DNA from: Minisyncoccota bacterium
GTDB lineage: Bacteria > Patescibacteriota > Minisyncoccia > Phycocordibacterales > Phycocordibacteraceae
DNA: 36,776 bases
Assembly (NCBI GenBank): GCA_035718415.1
Contig: DASTHB010000019.1
Span: 1-36,776 of the forward strand
Reading direction: 5' to 3'
Shown piece after piece: positions 8,961-17,758 of this stretch (position 1 is the first letter of the stretch; each line of letters opens with the position of its first letter). The notes beneath the pieces were generated by a model that was not told the origin of the DNA, did not search any database, and saw only the letters and a program-made list of their open reading frames with translations. Made by a program: the position numbers and the translations under genes.

Positions 8961-9514
8961 ACCGAACCCGCGGCTTCACGCTCCTTGAGACCGGCATCGT
9001 CCTTGGCATCACGGTGTTCGCGATGGCAGCACTCACGAATCTGTACGTCACTTTTACGCGCGTGTACGGCTACGAGCAGGTCTATACGGGCATGGCGGGG
9101 TCGGCGAACGAATCGATGGCGGCCATCGAGGCCGCCGTCCTGCCCGCGGACGGCGTGCTCGTATCTCACGCGTTCTCCACGGGAACGTTCACGACCGGAA
9201 CGAGCACGCTCGTGCTCGAGCTACCCTCTATCGATGCGTCGGGTGTGACCTTGTTCGGGCTCAAGGATTACATCGCCATCTATGCGACCTCGACATACCT
9301 CATGCGGCGCGTTGAAGCGAATGTACAGAGCGTGCGGGTGACCGGAACGAAGCAGCTCGCCGGCTCGCTCGCCTCGCTCTCCCTCACGTATGACAACGCC
9401 GATGTAACGCTCGCGAAAAGCATAACCGCATCGCTCCGGATGAATGCGCAGTACAACGGGCAGACGGCATCGTCGACCCTCTCCCAGGTGCTTTACTTGC
9501 GCAACACGCCATGA
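8957..9514 (+). CDS. Prepilin-type pilin or pseudopilin, 185 aa
   Basis: Internal Met of track ORF 8888-9514. The N-terminus is MNRTRG/FTLLETGIVLGITVFAMAAL with Glu at +5. Its ATG overlaps the upstream stop (ATGA at 8957-8960). Confidence 0.8.
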   Translation: MNRTRGFTLLETGIVLGITVFAMAALTNLYVTFTRVYGYEQVYTGMAGSANESMAAIEAAVLPADGVLVSHAFSTGTFTTGTSTLVLELPSIDASGVTLFGLKDYIAIYATSTYLMRRVEANVQSVRVTGTKQLAGSLASLSLTYDNADVTLAKSITASLRMNAQYNGQTASSTLSQVLYLRNTP

Positions 9515-10833
9515 TGAAACTTCCTCGCGGTTATATCATGCTGCTTGCCCTCGTGTTCGGGTCAATATTCCTCACTGTCGGCACGGCGTTCGTGGGACAG
9601 CTCACTGCCTATATCCGGCTCTCGCGCACGGAGCTCGCTCGTGCAGAAGCGCTCGCGCTCGCCGAAGGCGCGCTCAATCTCGCATCAGAGAAATTGAACG
9701 AGAACTCGTTATACATGGGAGAAACCGCAACAGCGCTCGGACCGGGTTCCTTCACGATTTCCGTAACGCCTGTCGACGCATCGAACAAGCGCGTCACGGC
9801 GACCGGGTTCGTGCCCGACAATGTGAACCCTGTCGCTGTCCGCACCATCGTCGCCACGATAGGCCTGAGCAACAACGTCGTGTCGTTCCACTACGGCGTG
9901 CAGGCCGGCGAGGGTGGATTCTCTCTCCAGAACTCTTCGTCCATCATCGGCAACGTCTACGCGAACGGCCCTGTCATCGGTTCGAGCCAGAACATGATCT
10001 ACGGCGACGTCGTCTCCGCGGGCCCGAGCGGGCTCGTGTACGGCATACACGCGACGAGCTCGGTCTTCGCGCATACGATCGGGAAGGCAGGCGAAGCGAC
10101 CATCATCGATAAGAACGCGTACTACGCGACGTCGAAAGTGAACACGACCGTCGGCGGCACATCCTTTCCCGGAAGTCCCGACCAGTCTCCCGCACCGCTT
10201 CCCATAACGGATGCGCAGGTCATCGACTGGGAAAACCAGGCGGAAGCGGGCGGCGTCATAAGCACGTGCAACGCGAGCGGCGATTACGTCATCACGACAA
10301 GCATGACCTTGGGACCGAAGAAGATACTCTGCAACCTCCTCATTAAGAGCACGAGCGGAGTGCTTACGGTCGCCGGACCGATCTGGGTGGTCGGGAATAT
10401 AACCGCGCAGACCGGACCGACCATCCAGATGGACCCGTCGCTCGGGAGCCAGAACGTCGCCATCATCGCGGACAACCCGAACAACACTACCGGAAGCGGT
10501 CTCGTGAACGTCGGCCAGAGCACCGTCTTCAAAGGCTCCGGCTCGCCGAACTCGTTCGTATTCCTCATATCGCAGAACAACAGCGCGGAGCTCGGCGGCA
10601 CGACGGCCGCCCTCACGATGGGGCAGGGGGCGTCGGCCTTGGTCGCGTACGCGAGCCACGGTCTTGCCGTCCTCCAGCAGAGCGTGAACTTGAAGGAAGT
10701 GACCGCGTTTCAAATAAACCTAACCCAGTCGGCGAGCGTCACGTATGACCGCGGCCTTCCGAACACGGTCTTCGAGTCAGGCCCGGGGGCGAGCTGGGCG
10801 TTCGTACCAGGTTCATACGCCATCACCAGGTGA
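9511..10833 (+). CDS. Large pilus-associated protein with a pilin-like N-terminal helix lacking Glu+5 (GspK/PilX-like minor pilin or tip candidate)
   Basis: The N-terminus is MMKLPRG/YIMLLALVFGSIFLTVG. The start overlaps the upstream stop (ATGA at 9511-9514). The C-terminal 300 aa or so are rich in G/S/T/V/N with repeats such as GNVYANGPVIGSSQNMIYGDVVSAGPSGLVYG, which suggests a beta-helix. Confidence 0.6.
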   Translation: MMKLPRGYIMLLALVFGSIFLTVGTAFVGQLTAYIRLSRTELARAEALALAEGALNLASEKLNENSLYMGETATALGPGSFTISVTPVDASNKRVTATGFVPDNVNPVAVRTIVATIGLSNNVVSFHYGVQAGEGGFSLQNSSSIIGNVYANGPVIGSSQNMIYGDVVSAGPSGLVYGIHATSSVFAHTIGKAGEATIIDKNAYYATSKVNTTVGGTSFPGSPDQSPAPLPITDAQVIDWENQAEAGGVISTCNASGDYVITTSMTLGPKKILCNLLIKSTSGVLTVAGPIWVVGNITAQTGPTIQMDPSLGSQNVAIIADNPNNTTGSGLVNVGQSTVFKGSGSPNSFVFLISQNNSAELGGTTAALTMGQGASALVAYASHGLAVLQQSVNLKEVTAFQINLTQSASVTYDRGLPNTVFESGPGASWAFVPGSYAITR

Positions 10834-10857
10834 CCCAGGGCTTGCTATCATTACATA

Positions 10858-11601
10858 ATGCTCATCCTTGCGAATTGGAAAGCGTACGTCGGGGACCTGA
10901 AAAAGGCCCGCGAGCTCGTTGCGACCGCGAAGCGCCTGCGCGCCGCGTATAAGCATGAGATCGTCCTTGCGCCGCCCGCCCCGTTCATAGGACTTCTCGC
11001 CGTCCCGAATCGATCAAAAGTCGCCTTCGCCGCGCAGGACATATCGGAGACCACGGGCGGCGCCGCGACCGGCGAGATACCCGCGAGCGCATACCGAAGC
11101 GCTGGAGCGACCTACGCCATCATCGGCCACTCGGAGCGCCGAGCCCAAGGCGAGAGCGATGCCGCCATCGCCGAGAAGCTCACGCGCGCGCTCGCGCACG
11201 ACCTCACGCCCGTCCTCTGCGTCGGCGAACGCGAGCGCGACATGGAAGGACGCTACCTGTCTTTCGTACGCGAACAGATCACGTCCGCACTTTCGAAACT
11301 CCTGCCGAAGGAACGCAGCCGCGTCATCCTCGCGTATGAACCGGTCTGGGCCATCGGAAAGACCGCGGCCGATGCAATATCGCAAAGCGATCTCACGGAG
11401 ATGGTGCTGTACAGCCGGAAGGTGCTCGCAGAACTGCTCCCTGGCAAGAGCTCGCTCCAGTCACGAGTGCTCTACGGCGGCTCGGTGGAACCGACGAACA
11501 TCCGCGATCTGGCCGGCAGCTCCGGCGTCGACGGCTTCCTTATCGGCCACGCATCGGTCGATACCCTCATGTTCTCGAAGCTCGTACGAGAGCTCACGTA
11601 A
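10858..11601 (+). CDS. tpiA: Triosephosphate isomerase
   Basis: Motifs are ANWKAY, AAQDIS, IIGHSERR, CVGE and AYEPVWAIG. Confidence 0.93.
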   Translation: MLILANWKAYVGDLKKARELVATAKRLRAAYKHEIVLAPPAPFIGLLAVPNRSKVAFAAQDISETTGGAATGEIPASAYRSAGATYAIIGHSERRAQGESDAAIAEKLTRALAHDLTPVLCVGERERDMEGRYLSFVREQITSALSKLLPKERSRVILAYEPVWAIGKTAADAISQSDLTEMVLYSRKVLAELLPGKSSLQSRVLYGGSVEPTNIRDLAGSSGVDGFLIGHASVDTLMFSKLVRELT

Positions 11602-11603
11602 AA

Positions 11604-12755
11604 ATGAAAATAGTGACGGATATCCCGGTCCTCGAGAACATACCGGTCCTCGTTCGCGCTCCGCTCAACGTCCCCATCGAGAACGGCAAAGTGACGAACG
11701 ACTACCGGCTGCGTAAAGCGGTCACGACGGTCAATTATCTGAGAGGCAAGGGCGCGCGCGTCATACTTATCAGCCATATCGGCGAACAGGGCACGGAAAC
11801 GCTTGAACCGGTCGCCGAGGCCTTCGGCCGGCTCGTTCCGGGCGTGAGCTTCTGCCGCGAAAGCATCGGTCCCGCGGCGCGCGCCGCCATCCGCGAGCTC
11901 CGTCCGGGAGGCACGCTCGTGCTCGAGAACTTGCGTCGCCACAAGGGCGAGCGGATGAACGATGGATCATTCGCCGCCGAGCTTGCGGCGCTGGCCGATG
12001 TATTCGTTCAAGATTCTTTCGATACTTGTCACCGACTGCACGCGTCCATCGTGAGCGTGCCGAAACTTCTGCCGAGCTACGCCGGCCTCGAGCTCGCCGA
12101 CGAAGTGGCCGAGCTTCGCCAAGCGCTGACGCCGAAGCGCCCGGCGTTCGCCGTCATCGGCGGCGCGAAATTCAGCACGAAAGAAGCGGTGCTCACGTCG
12201 CTCATCGAAGATTACGATCATGTGTTCGTCGGTGGCGCCCTCGCGAACGATTTCCTGAAGGCGCAGGGCTACGGAGTGGGGAAGTCGCTCACGTCCCCGG
12301 AAGTTCCGAAGCATTTGCTCCATTTGCTCGACAACCCGCGGCTCGTGCTCCCGATCGACTGCATCGTGGTTCCCGCAAGCGAAGCCATGGGACCCAAAGC
12401 GCGGCAAATGGCGCGGGTCGCCTCGCTCGGGCAGGTCAATCCCGACGACATCATCCTCGATCATGGGCCGGGGACATCGGCGCTTCTCGCGAATCTCGCC
12501 GGCCAAGCGTCCGCCGTGCTCTGGAACGGACCGCTCGGCAATTATGAATGCGGGTTCACTGACGCGACGCTCGCGCTCGCAAGAGCGATAAGCGCCTCGA
12601 ACGCGCATTCCGTCGTCGGGGGAGGCGATACCATCGCGGCGATCGAAGATGCCGGACTGCTCTCGTGCTTCTCGTTCATATCGATCGGCGGCGGCGCAAT
12701 GCTCGAATACCTGGCGCGCGGCAGTCTGCCGGGCATCGACGCGCTCGAACGCTGA
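11604..12755 (+). CDS. pgk: Phosphoglycerate kinase
   Basis: Motifs are VLVRAPLNVPIENGKVTNDYRLRKA, ILISHIG, GGAKFSTK, WNGPLG and GGGDT. It starts 2 nt after the tpiA stop. Confidence 0.93.
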   Translation: MKIVTDIPVLENIPVLVRAPLNVPIENGKVTNDYRLRKAVTTVNYLRGKGARVILISHIGEQGTETLEPVAEAFGRLVPGVSFCRESIGPAARAAIRELRPGGTLVLENLRRHKGERMNDGSFAAELAALADVFVQDSFDTCHRLHASIVSVPKLLPSYAGLELADEVAELRQALTPKRPAFAVIGGAKFSTKEAVLTSLIEDYDHVFVGGALANDFLKAQGYGVGKSLTSPEVPKHLLHLLDNPRLVLPIDCIVVPASEAMGPKARQMARVASLGQVNPDDIILDHGPGTSALLANLAGQASAVLWNGPLGNYECGFTDATLALARAISASNAHSVVGGGDTIAAIEDAGLLSCFSFISIGGGAMLEYLARGSLPGIDALER

Positions 12756-13082
12756 TCACATCACTTTGTCCGAAAATGATTGCGGGATGAGATGCACGTG
12801 CACATGCGGCACGTCCTTCCCGACGATGGAAAGGCGCACATAATCCGCCTTGTATTTTTCTTTCAGTTCGATCGCGAGCGCGCGACACACCTTGAAGAGA
12901 TCGTTCGCAAGGTCGTCGGGTAGCTGCCAGAACCATTCGTAATGAGCGCTCGGGACCACGAGCGTGTGGCCCGGGCGCACGGGATGCTTGTCGGGGAACG
13001 AGACGATGCTCCCGTTCTCGTGGTGCATTTTTTCGGACGGTATGTCGCCCGCGGCTATCTTGCAGAAGATGCAATCATTCAT
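12756..13082 (-). CDS. HIT-family nucleotide hydrolase/transferase (108 aa)
   Basis: Internal Met of track ORF 12756-13460. The N-terminus is MNDCIFCKIAAGDIPS and the histidine triad is HVHVHLIP. Its stop codon abuts the pgk stop in the palindrome TGATCA (12753-12758). Confidence 0.88.
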   Translation of the reverse strand: MNDCIFCKIAAGDIPSEKMHHENGSIVSFPDKHPVRPGHTLVVPSAHYEWFWQLPDDLANDLFKVCRALAIELKEKYKADYVRLSIVGKDVPHVHVHLIPQSFSDKVM

Positions 13083-13109
13083 GCGCTCCAGCATACCGCA
13101 CCGCTTTGC

Positions 13110-13115
13110 TACAAT
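13110..13115 (+). promoter_or_regulatory. -10 hexamer TACAAT located 9 nt upstream of the recJ ATG
   Basis: The sequence reads TTGCTACAATCGAGGCACC-ATG. The 42-bp recJ/HIT divergent spacer also carries TATGCT (13095-13090) 7 nt upstream of the HIT ATG on the other strand. Confidence 0.4.
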
Positions 13116-13124
13116 CGAGGCACC

Positions 13125-14840
13125 ATGTTCCCGCTCCATGAGCCGATGCCCGATGACGTGCGCGCCGAGCTTTCTGCATATGACGACCTGACGGCCGCGC
13201 TTCTGTGGCGGCGCGGCATGAGAACGCGGGGCGACGCGGAGCGGTTCCTTGCGCCCTCGTATGACGATCATCTCCACGACCCGCTCTCGATGACCGATAT
13301 GAAAAAAGCGGCAGTGCGGCTTGCGCGTGCTGTGACCTCGAACGAGCAGATCGCGGTCTGGAGCGATTATGATTGCGACGGCATCCCGGGTGGCGTTCTC
13401 ATGCACGATTTTTTGAAGAAGTGCGGCGCGACGTTCGAGAACTATATTCCGCACCGGCATCTCGAGGGCTATGGAGTGAACGCGAGCGGGGTGGAGAAGT
13501 TGGCCGCGCGCGGCATCACGCTTCTTTTAACGATCGATTCCGGCATCACGGACCTTGAAGCGGTCGCGCGAGCGAACGAGCTCGGCATGGACGTCATCGT
13601 GACCGATCATCATTTGCCGGGAGCGGAACTGCCTCCGGCCTTCGCGGTCGTCAATCCGAACGCGCGCGCCGATGAGCCGTATCCGTTCAAAGGACTCTGC
13701 GGATCGGGCGTCGCGTGGAAACTCGCGTGCGCGACGCTCGCCGTTTCACCCGAGCTCCGCGCGCGCGTACCGGTCGGCTGGGAGAAGTGGCTCCTCGATA
13801 TGGTCGGGCTCGCGACCATCGCGGACATGGTGCCGCTTTCGGACGAGAACCGCGTGCTCGCAAATTTCGGTCTGCGCGTCATGCGCAAATCGCCGCGCAT
13901 CGGACTTCAGAAATTGCTCCGTGCCTGCCGCGTCGAACAGCGTGCGCTCTCGGAAGATGATGTCGGTTTCATGGTGGCGCCCCGGGTGAACGCCGCAAGC
14001 CGGATGGGAAGCGCCGACGACGCCTTCCGATTGTTCACGACGACGGACGAGTCCGAAGCCGATGCGCTCGCGAAGAAGCTCGAGGCGGCGAATCGAAAGC
14101 GCAAAGCGGAGGCCGGAGCCATCACGCGCGCCGTCCATGCGCGGCTCAAGGAGCGCGAGCTGCGGAGCGTCATCGCGCTCGGGGATCCCGAGTGGCGCCC
14201 CGCGCTGCTCGGACTCGTCGCGAATACGATCGCCGATGAGTACGAACGGCCGGTCTTCTTGTGGGGCCGGGAAGGGAATAATAGTTTGAAGGGATCGGTA
14301 CGCAGCTCAACCGTGCACGCGCTCGAGCTCATGCGCGCTGCTGAGAACATCTTCGCGGATTTCGGCGGCCACGCCGCCGCCGGCGGTTTCACCGTGCTCG
14401 AAACGGAAATACATTTCCTCGAAGACCGGCTGGTCGCGGCGCATGAGCGGTTGTCCGCCTCCGGACGCGTGAGCGATTCGCTCATGCTGCGCGCAGATGC
14501 GATCATCGATATAGCCGAAGCCACCGGCACGATGCTCAAGCACATGGAACGCCTCTCCCCGTTCGGTATGGAGAATCCGAAGCCTTTGTTTCTGGTCCGC
14601 GACGCCCTGGTGAGCTCCGTTTCGCGCTTTGGAAAGAGCGATGAGCATTTGAAGCTTCGCTTCGATGCCGGCGGTCTTGCCGTGGACGGCGTCGCATTCT
14701 TCGCGAAAGGTGCGCTCGCGAGGACCGCTGCGTCGCTCCACCCGGGCTCGAAGGCGCAGGTGCTCGCGCATCTCGAACGCGACTCCTTTTCGCGCGGCAC
14801 ACCGGTGCGATTGCGCCTTGTCGATATCCGCGTAGCATAA
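13125..14840 (+). CDS. recJ: Single-stranded-DNA-specific exonuclease RecJ
   Basis: Internal Met (MFPLHEP) of track ORF 12942-14840. The DHH motifs are VWSDYDCDGI, TIDSGI and IVTDHH. The DHHA1 region is FGGHAAAGG. Confidence 0.9.
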   Translation: MFPLHEPMPDDVRAELSAYDDLTAALLWRRGMRTRGDAERFLAPSYDDHLHDPLSMTDMKKAAVRLARAVTSNEQIAVWSDYDCDGIPGGVLMHDFLKKCGATFENYIPHRHLEGYGVNASGVEKLAARGITLLLTIDSGITDLEAVARANELGMDVIVTDHHLPGAELPPAFAVVNPNARADEPYPFKGLCGSGVAWKLACATLAVSPELRARVPVGWEKWLLDMVGLATIADMVPLSDENRVLANFGLRVMRKSPRIGLQKLLRACRVEQRALSEDDVGFMVAPRVNAASRMGSADDAFRLFTTTDESEADALAKKLEAANRKRKAEAGAITRAVHARLKERELRSVIALGDPEWRPALLGLVANTIADEYERPVFLWGREGNNSLKGSVRSSTVHALELMRAAENIFADFGGHAAAGGFTVLETEIHFLEDRLVAAHERLSASGRVSDSLMLRADAIIDIAEATGTMLKHMERLSPFGMENPKPLFLVRDALVSSVSRFGKSDEHLKLRFDAGGLAVDGVAFFAKGALARTAASLHPGSKAQVLAHLERDSFSRGTPVRLRLVDIRVA

Positions 14841-14844
14841 CCGT

Positions 14845-15261
14845 ATGCGTTACACGATCAATGCCGATGGGGGAGCGCGCGGCAATCCGGGGCCCGCGGG
14901 CGCGGGCGCGGTCGTTAAGGATGAGAGGGGACGCATCGTCGCCTCCATCTCCGAGTTCCTCGGCCATGCGACGAATAACGTCGCTGAGTACACGGCGCTC
15001 GTGAGCGCGTTCGATGCGCTTCTCGCGGAACTTCAGGACGCGGCGAAGCATGCGGACGTCGCCGTATTCATGGACAGCAAGCTGGTCATCGAGCAGATGA
15101 AGGGCGCCTGGAAAGTCCGGCATCCGAACATGAAGCCGCTCCAAGCCCGCGCAGCAGAGTCGGCGCGCGCGTTCAAGTCCGTCTCGTTCATGCACATTCC
15201 GCGCGAAAGAAATGCAGAGGCGGATGCGCTTGCGAATGAAGCGATGGACCGCGGCTCATGA
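14845..15261 (+). CDS. rnhA: Ribonuclease HI family protein
   Basis: Motifs are INADGGARGNPGPAGAG, TNNVAEYTAL, FMDSKLV and NAEADALAN, which fit the DEDD pattern. It starts 4 nt after the recJ stop. Confidence 0.85.
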   Translation: MRYTINADGGARGNPGPAGAGAVVKDERGRIVASISEFLGHATNNVAEYTALVSAFDALLAELQDAAKHADVAVFMDSKLVIEQMKGAWKVRHPNMKPLQARAAESARAFKSVSFMHIPRERNAEADALANEAMDRGS

Positions 15262-16757
15262 CGGCGCTCATTTCAGCGGTCGCTGGACTCGCGAGCGGGA
15301 TATTCATCCGCTCGCTTTTTGTTTTCGGGTGGCCGGTACCGGTATTTCTCGGGATCTTGGCTGCGATGTTCACCATCGCGTACCGGCATGCGCCGCGCTT
15401 GTCGTATCTCTTCTCAGCGCTTTTCATTTCCTTCGCCGCGCTCGGCATGCTCCGCACGATCGGCGCGGACGCGCCATTGCCGGCTGATTTTTCTCGCGAC
15501 GTCGGCAACCGAGTTTCGTATGAGGGCGTCGTCATGCGCGATGCCGATGTCCGCGACGCCACGGAGCGTATCGCGGTGCGCGTGCGGTCAGGCGCATCTT
15601 CGGTCGGCATGCTCGTCGTCACGGCGCGGGATGAAAGCGTCCGTGTCGGCGACACCGTTCGCATACGCGGCACGCTCGACATCCCTGAATCGTTCATGGA
15701 TGACAACGGCCGAACATTCCGCTACGACCGCTATCTCCAAAGCGCCGGCATCAGGTACGTGCTTAATTACGCGTCGCTCTCCGTCGTAACGCCGGCGCCG
15801 TGGTACTCGCTCCCATCCGCGTTGTCGCGCGCGAACCGATCCTTCGTTCGCGGCGTCCAGGCGGCGCTCCCCGAACCGCACGCATCGCTTGCAAGCGGCA
15901 TCGTCATCGGCGGGAAGTCTGGGCTTGGCCGCGAACTCCAGGATGAATTCGTGCGCAGCGGCCTCATTCAGATCGTGGTCCTGTCCGGCTATAACGTCAT
16001 GGTCGTCGCGGAATGGGTGATGCTCGTGCTCGCGCGCTTCGCGCTTCCGCGCCGCGCGACTGCCGTCGTCGGCGCGCTTGCGCTTCTTCTTTTCCTCGGT
16101 CTCGCGGGTGGTGGTTCGACCGCCGTCCGGGCGTCCATCATGGCGCTCATCGCGCTCTATGCTCGAGCGACGGGGAAGACATACGCTGCCGGACGAGCGC
16201 TTGCGGTCGCCGTCGTCATCATGCTTCTTCTGAATCCGCTTTATCTCGTATTCGATCCTGGTTTCGGGCTTTCCGTCGCGGCGACAGCCGGACTCATCTG
16301 GTTCGCCGACCCGCTGGCATCATTCCTGTCCCGATTCATATCGGCCCGGTTCTGGCGCGACGCATTAGCAACGACGCTCGCGGCTCAGATGGCCGTGCTG
16401 CCGCTGCTCCTCTATGACACGGGCGTTCTCTCCTTCGCCGCTCTTCCCGCCAACCTGCTCGTGCTTCCCGTCGTACCGCTCGCCATGGGTATGTCTGCGC
16501 TCGCGGGCCTCACCGGCATGGCGTCCTCGCTTCTTCTCCCCACGCTTGCTCCGGTCCTCGGACTTCCGGCATATGCCGCCACAAGCTATGTGCTTTCCGT
16601 GGCCCATTTCGCATCGAACTTCGACCTGAGCGCGCTCATTATCCCGCCGATCCCGTTCGCCTACGTCATGCTCGCGTATGCATTCATGGCCGCGGTATGC
16701 ATCTATGGACCCCGTGGTATGCTCAAAATATCACCGCTATGGCAGCGCTCCACGTAA
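15258..16757 (+). CDS. comEC: DNA internalisation channel protein ComEC/Rec2 (DUF4131 plus Competence domain only, no nuclease domain)
   Basis: It is a polytopic protein of 499 aa. The signature is ASGIVIGGKSGLGRELQDEFVRSGLIQIVVLSGYNV. Its start overlaps the rnhA stop (ATGA at 15258-15261). The protein ends right after the last TM block, without a metallo-beta-lactamase domain. Confidence 0.85.
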   Translation: MTALISAVAGLASGIFIRSLFVFGWPVPVFLGILAAMFTIAYRHAPRLSYLFSALFISFAALGMLRTIGADAPLPADFSRDVGNRVSYEGVVMRDADVRDATERIAVRVRSGASSVGMLVVTARDESVRVGDTVRIRGTLDIPESFMDDNGRTFRYDRYLQSAGIRYVLNYASLSVVTPAPWYSLPSALSRANRSFVRGVQAALPEPHASLASGIVIGGKSGLGRELQDEFVRSGLIQIVVLSGYNVMVVAEWVMLVLARFALPRRATAVVGALALLLFLGLAGGGSTAVRASIMALIALYARATGKTYAAGRALAVAVVIMLLLNPLYLVFDPGFGLSVAATAGLIWFADPLASFLSRFISARFWRDALATTLAAQMAVLPLLLYDTGVLSFAALPANLLVLPVVPLAMGMSALAGLTGMASSLLLPTLAPVLGLPAYAATSYVLSVAHFASNFDLSALIIPPIPFAYVMLAYAFMAAVCIYGPRGMLKISPLWQRST

Positions 16758-17152
16758 TCGCCGTCATGCTTACGCTCGCCGCCGTGCTGTACGCCGATGA
16801 GCAGGGGCTCCTGTGGTATCTCGGCAAGCGCGAGCATCTCGATGAGGAGCGCCTGCGCCTCCTTCATCGCATCGTCTCGGCAGGACTCCTCGTCATCGTC
16901 GCGTCGGGCGCGAGCATGGTGCTCCGACGGCCCGAGGCTTATGTGAGCAATCCGATCTTCCTCCTTAAGATGGTGCTCGTCGGGGCGCTTGTCGTAAACA
17001 GCGTCTTTATCGGGAAGATATCGGCGCTCGCGTCGGCGGGTCCGTACCGCGGACTCTCGGCGGTACAGCGGCACGCCATCCGGTTTTCAGCCGGCATATC
17101 ATTCATCGGTTGGGCAGGGGCCCTCCTGTGCGGAGCGTTAATCGGGGATTAG
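16739..17152 (+). CDS. Hypothetical membrane protein (about 4 TM helices)
   Basis: Track ORF 16697-17152. The start is uncertain and could be 16697 or the internal Met at 16739, and either overlaps the comEC 3' end. Hydrophobic segments are ALHVIAVMLTLAAVLY, GLLVIVASGASMVL, MVLVGALVVNSVFIG and ISFIGWAGALLCGALI. Confidence 0.5.
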   Translation: MAALHVIAVMLTLAAVLYADEQGLLWYLGKREHLDEERLRLLHRIVSAGLLVIVASGASMVLRRPEAYVSNPIFLLKMVLVGALVVNSVFIGKISALASAGPYRGLSAVQRHAIRFSAGISFIGWAGALLCGALIGD

Positions 17153-17742
17153 CGCATCGCCTCGTCGAAACGCTTTTCGATCACGCTCCAATTCATGTTG
17201 GCGAGGAAGGCGTCCACGTAATTCTTCTTCTCGGCCGGTACGTAGTCCACCATATAGGCGTGTTCCCACATGTCGAGCGCGAGAATGATAGGAAGGCCCG
17301 CGAGCTGACCGAGCTCATGATCGTTCACGAAAACCGTGTGGAGCGTCTTGGCGCGAGTGTCGGCGTAGACGACGACCCAGCCCGTACCTCGGGTGCCGGC
17401 GACCTCCTTTATATGTGCGATGAAATTCTCGCCGCTGCCGTATTTCTCCGCCGCTGCCTTCGCGAGCGCTGATTCGGGACTGCCGCCCTTCTCTCCCTCG
17501 AACTGTTCGAAGTAATACTCATGCATGCGCATGCCGTCGAACTCGAACGCAAGGCGCCGACGCAGCTCGGCGATAGCGTACTTGCCGCCCTCATCATCCG
17601 TTTTTCCGTATGCGGCGATGGTCGATAAGACGAGATTCACATGCTTCACATAGCCTTCGTAGAGCGCGAGATGGACCTTGATCTGCTTCTCAGAGAGGCC
17701 TTCAAGCGCCGGAAGGTCGAATTTCTTTGCGGTATAGGTCAT
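17149..17742 (-). CDS. Fe/Mn-family superoxide dismutase (197 aa)
   Basis: Internal Met (MTYTAKKFDLPALEG) of track ORF 17149-18018. The C-terminal signature is LALDMWEHAYMVDY. GWVVVY is also present. Confidence 0.85.
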   Translation of the reverse strand: MTYTAKKFDLPALEGLSEKQIKVHLALYEGYVKHVNLVLSTIAAYGKTDDEGGKYAIAELRRRLAFEFDGMRMHEYYFEQFEGEKGGSPESALAKAAAEKYGSGENFIAHIKEVAGTRGTGWVVVYADTRAKTLHTVFVNDHELGQLAGLPIILALDMWEHAYMVDYVPAEKKNYVDAFLANMNWSVIEKRFDEAMR

Positions 17743-17758
17743 AGGGCAATACTGTACC

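Noticed and set aside
9709-10713. A 334-aa minus-strand ORF.
   Set aside because: It is antisense to the large pilin-like gene, which is linked to the pilus operon by start/stop overlap. Its composition is Arg/Asp/His-rich and artefact-like.
13907-14800. A 297-aa minus-strand ORF, plus ORFs 14536-15195 and 15188-15706.
   Set aside because: They are antisense to recJ, rnhA and comEC, which carry DHH, RNase H and Competence-domain motifs. Their sequences are Ser/Arg-rich and low-complexity.
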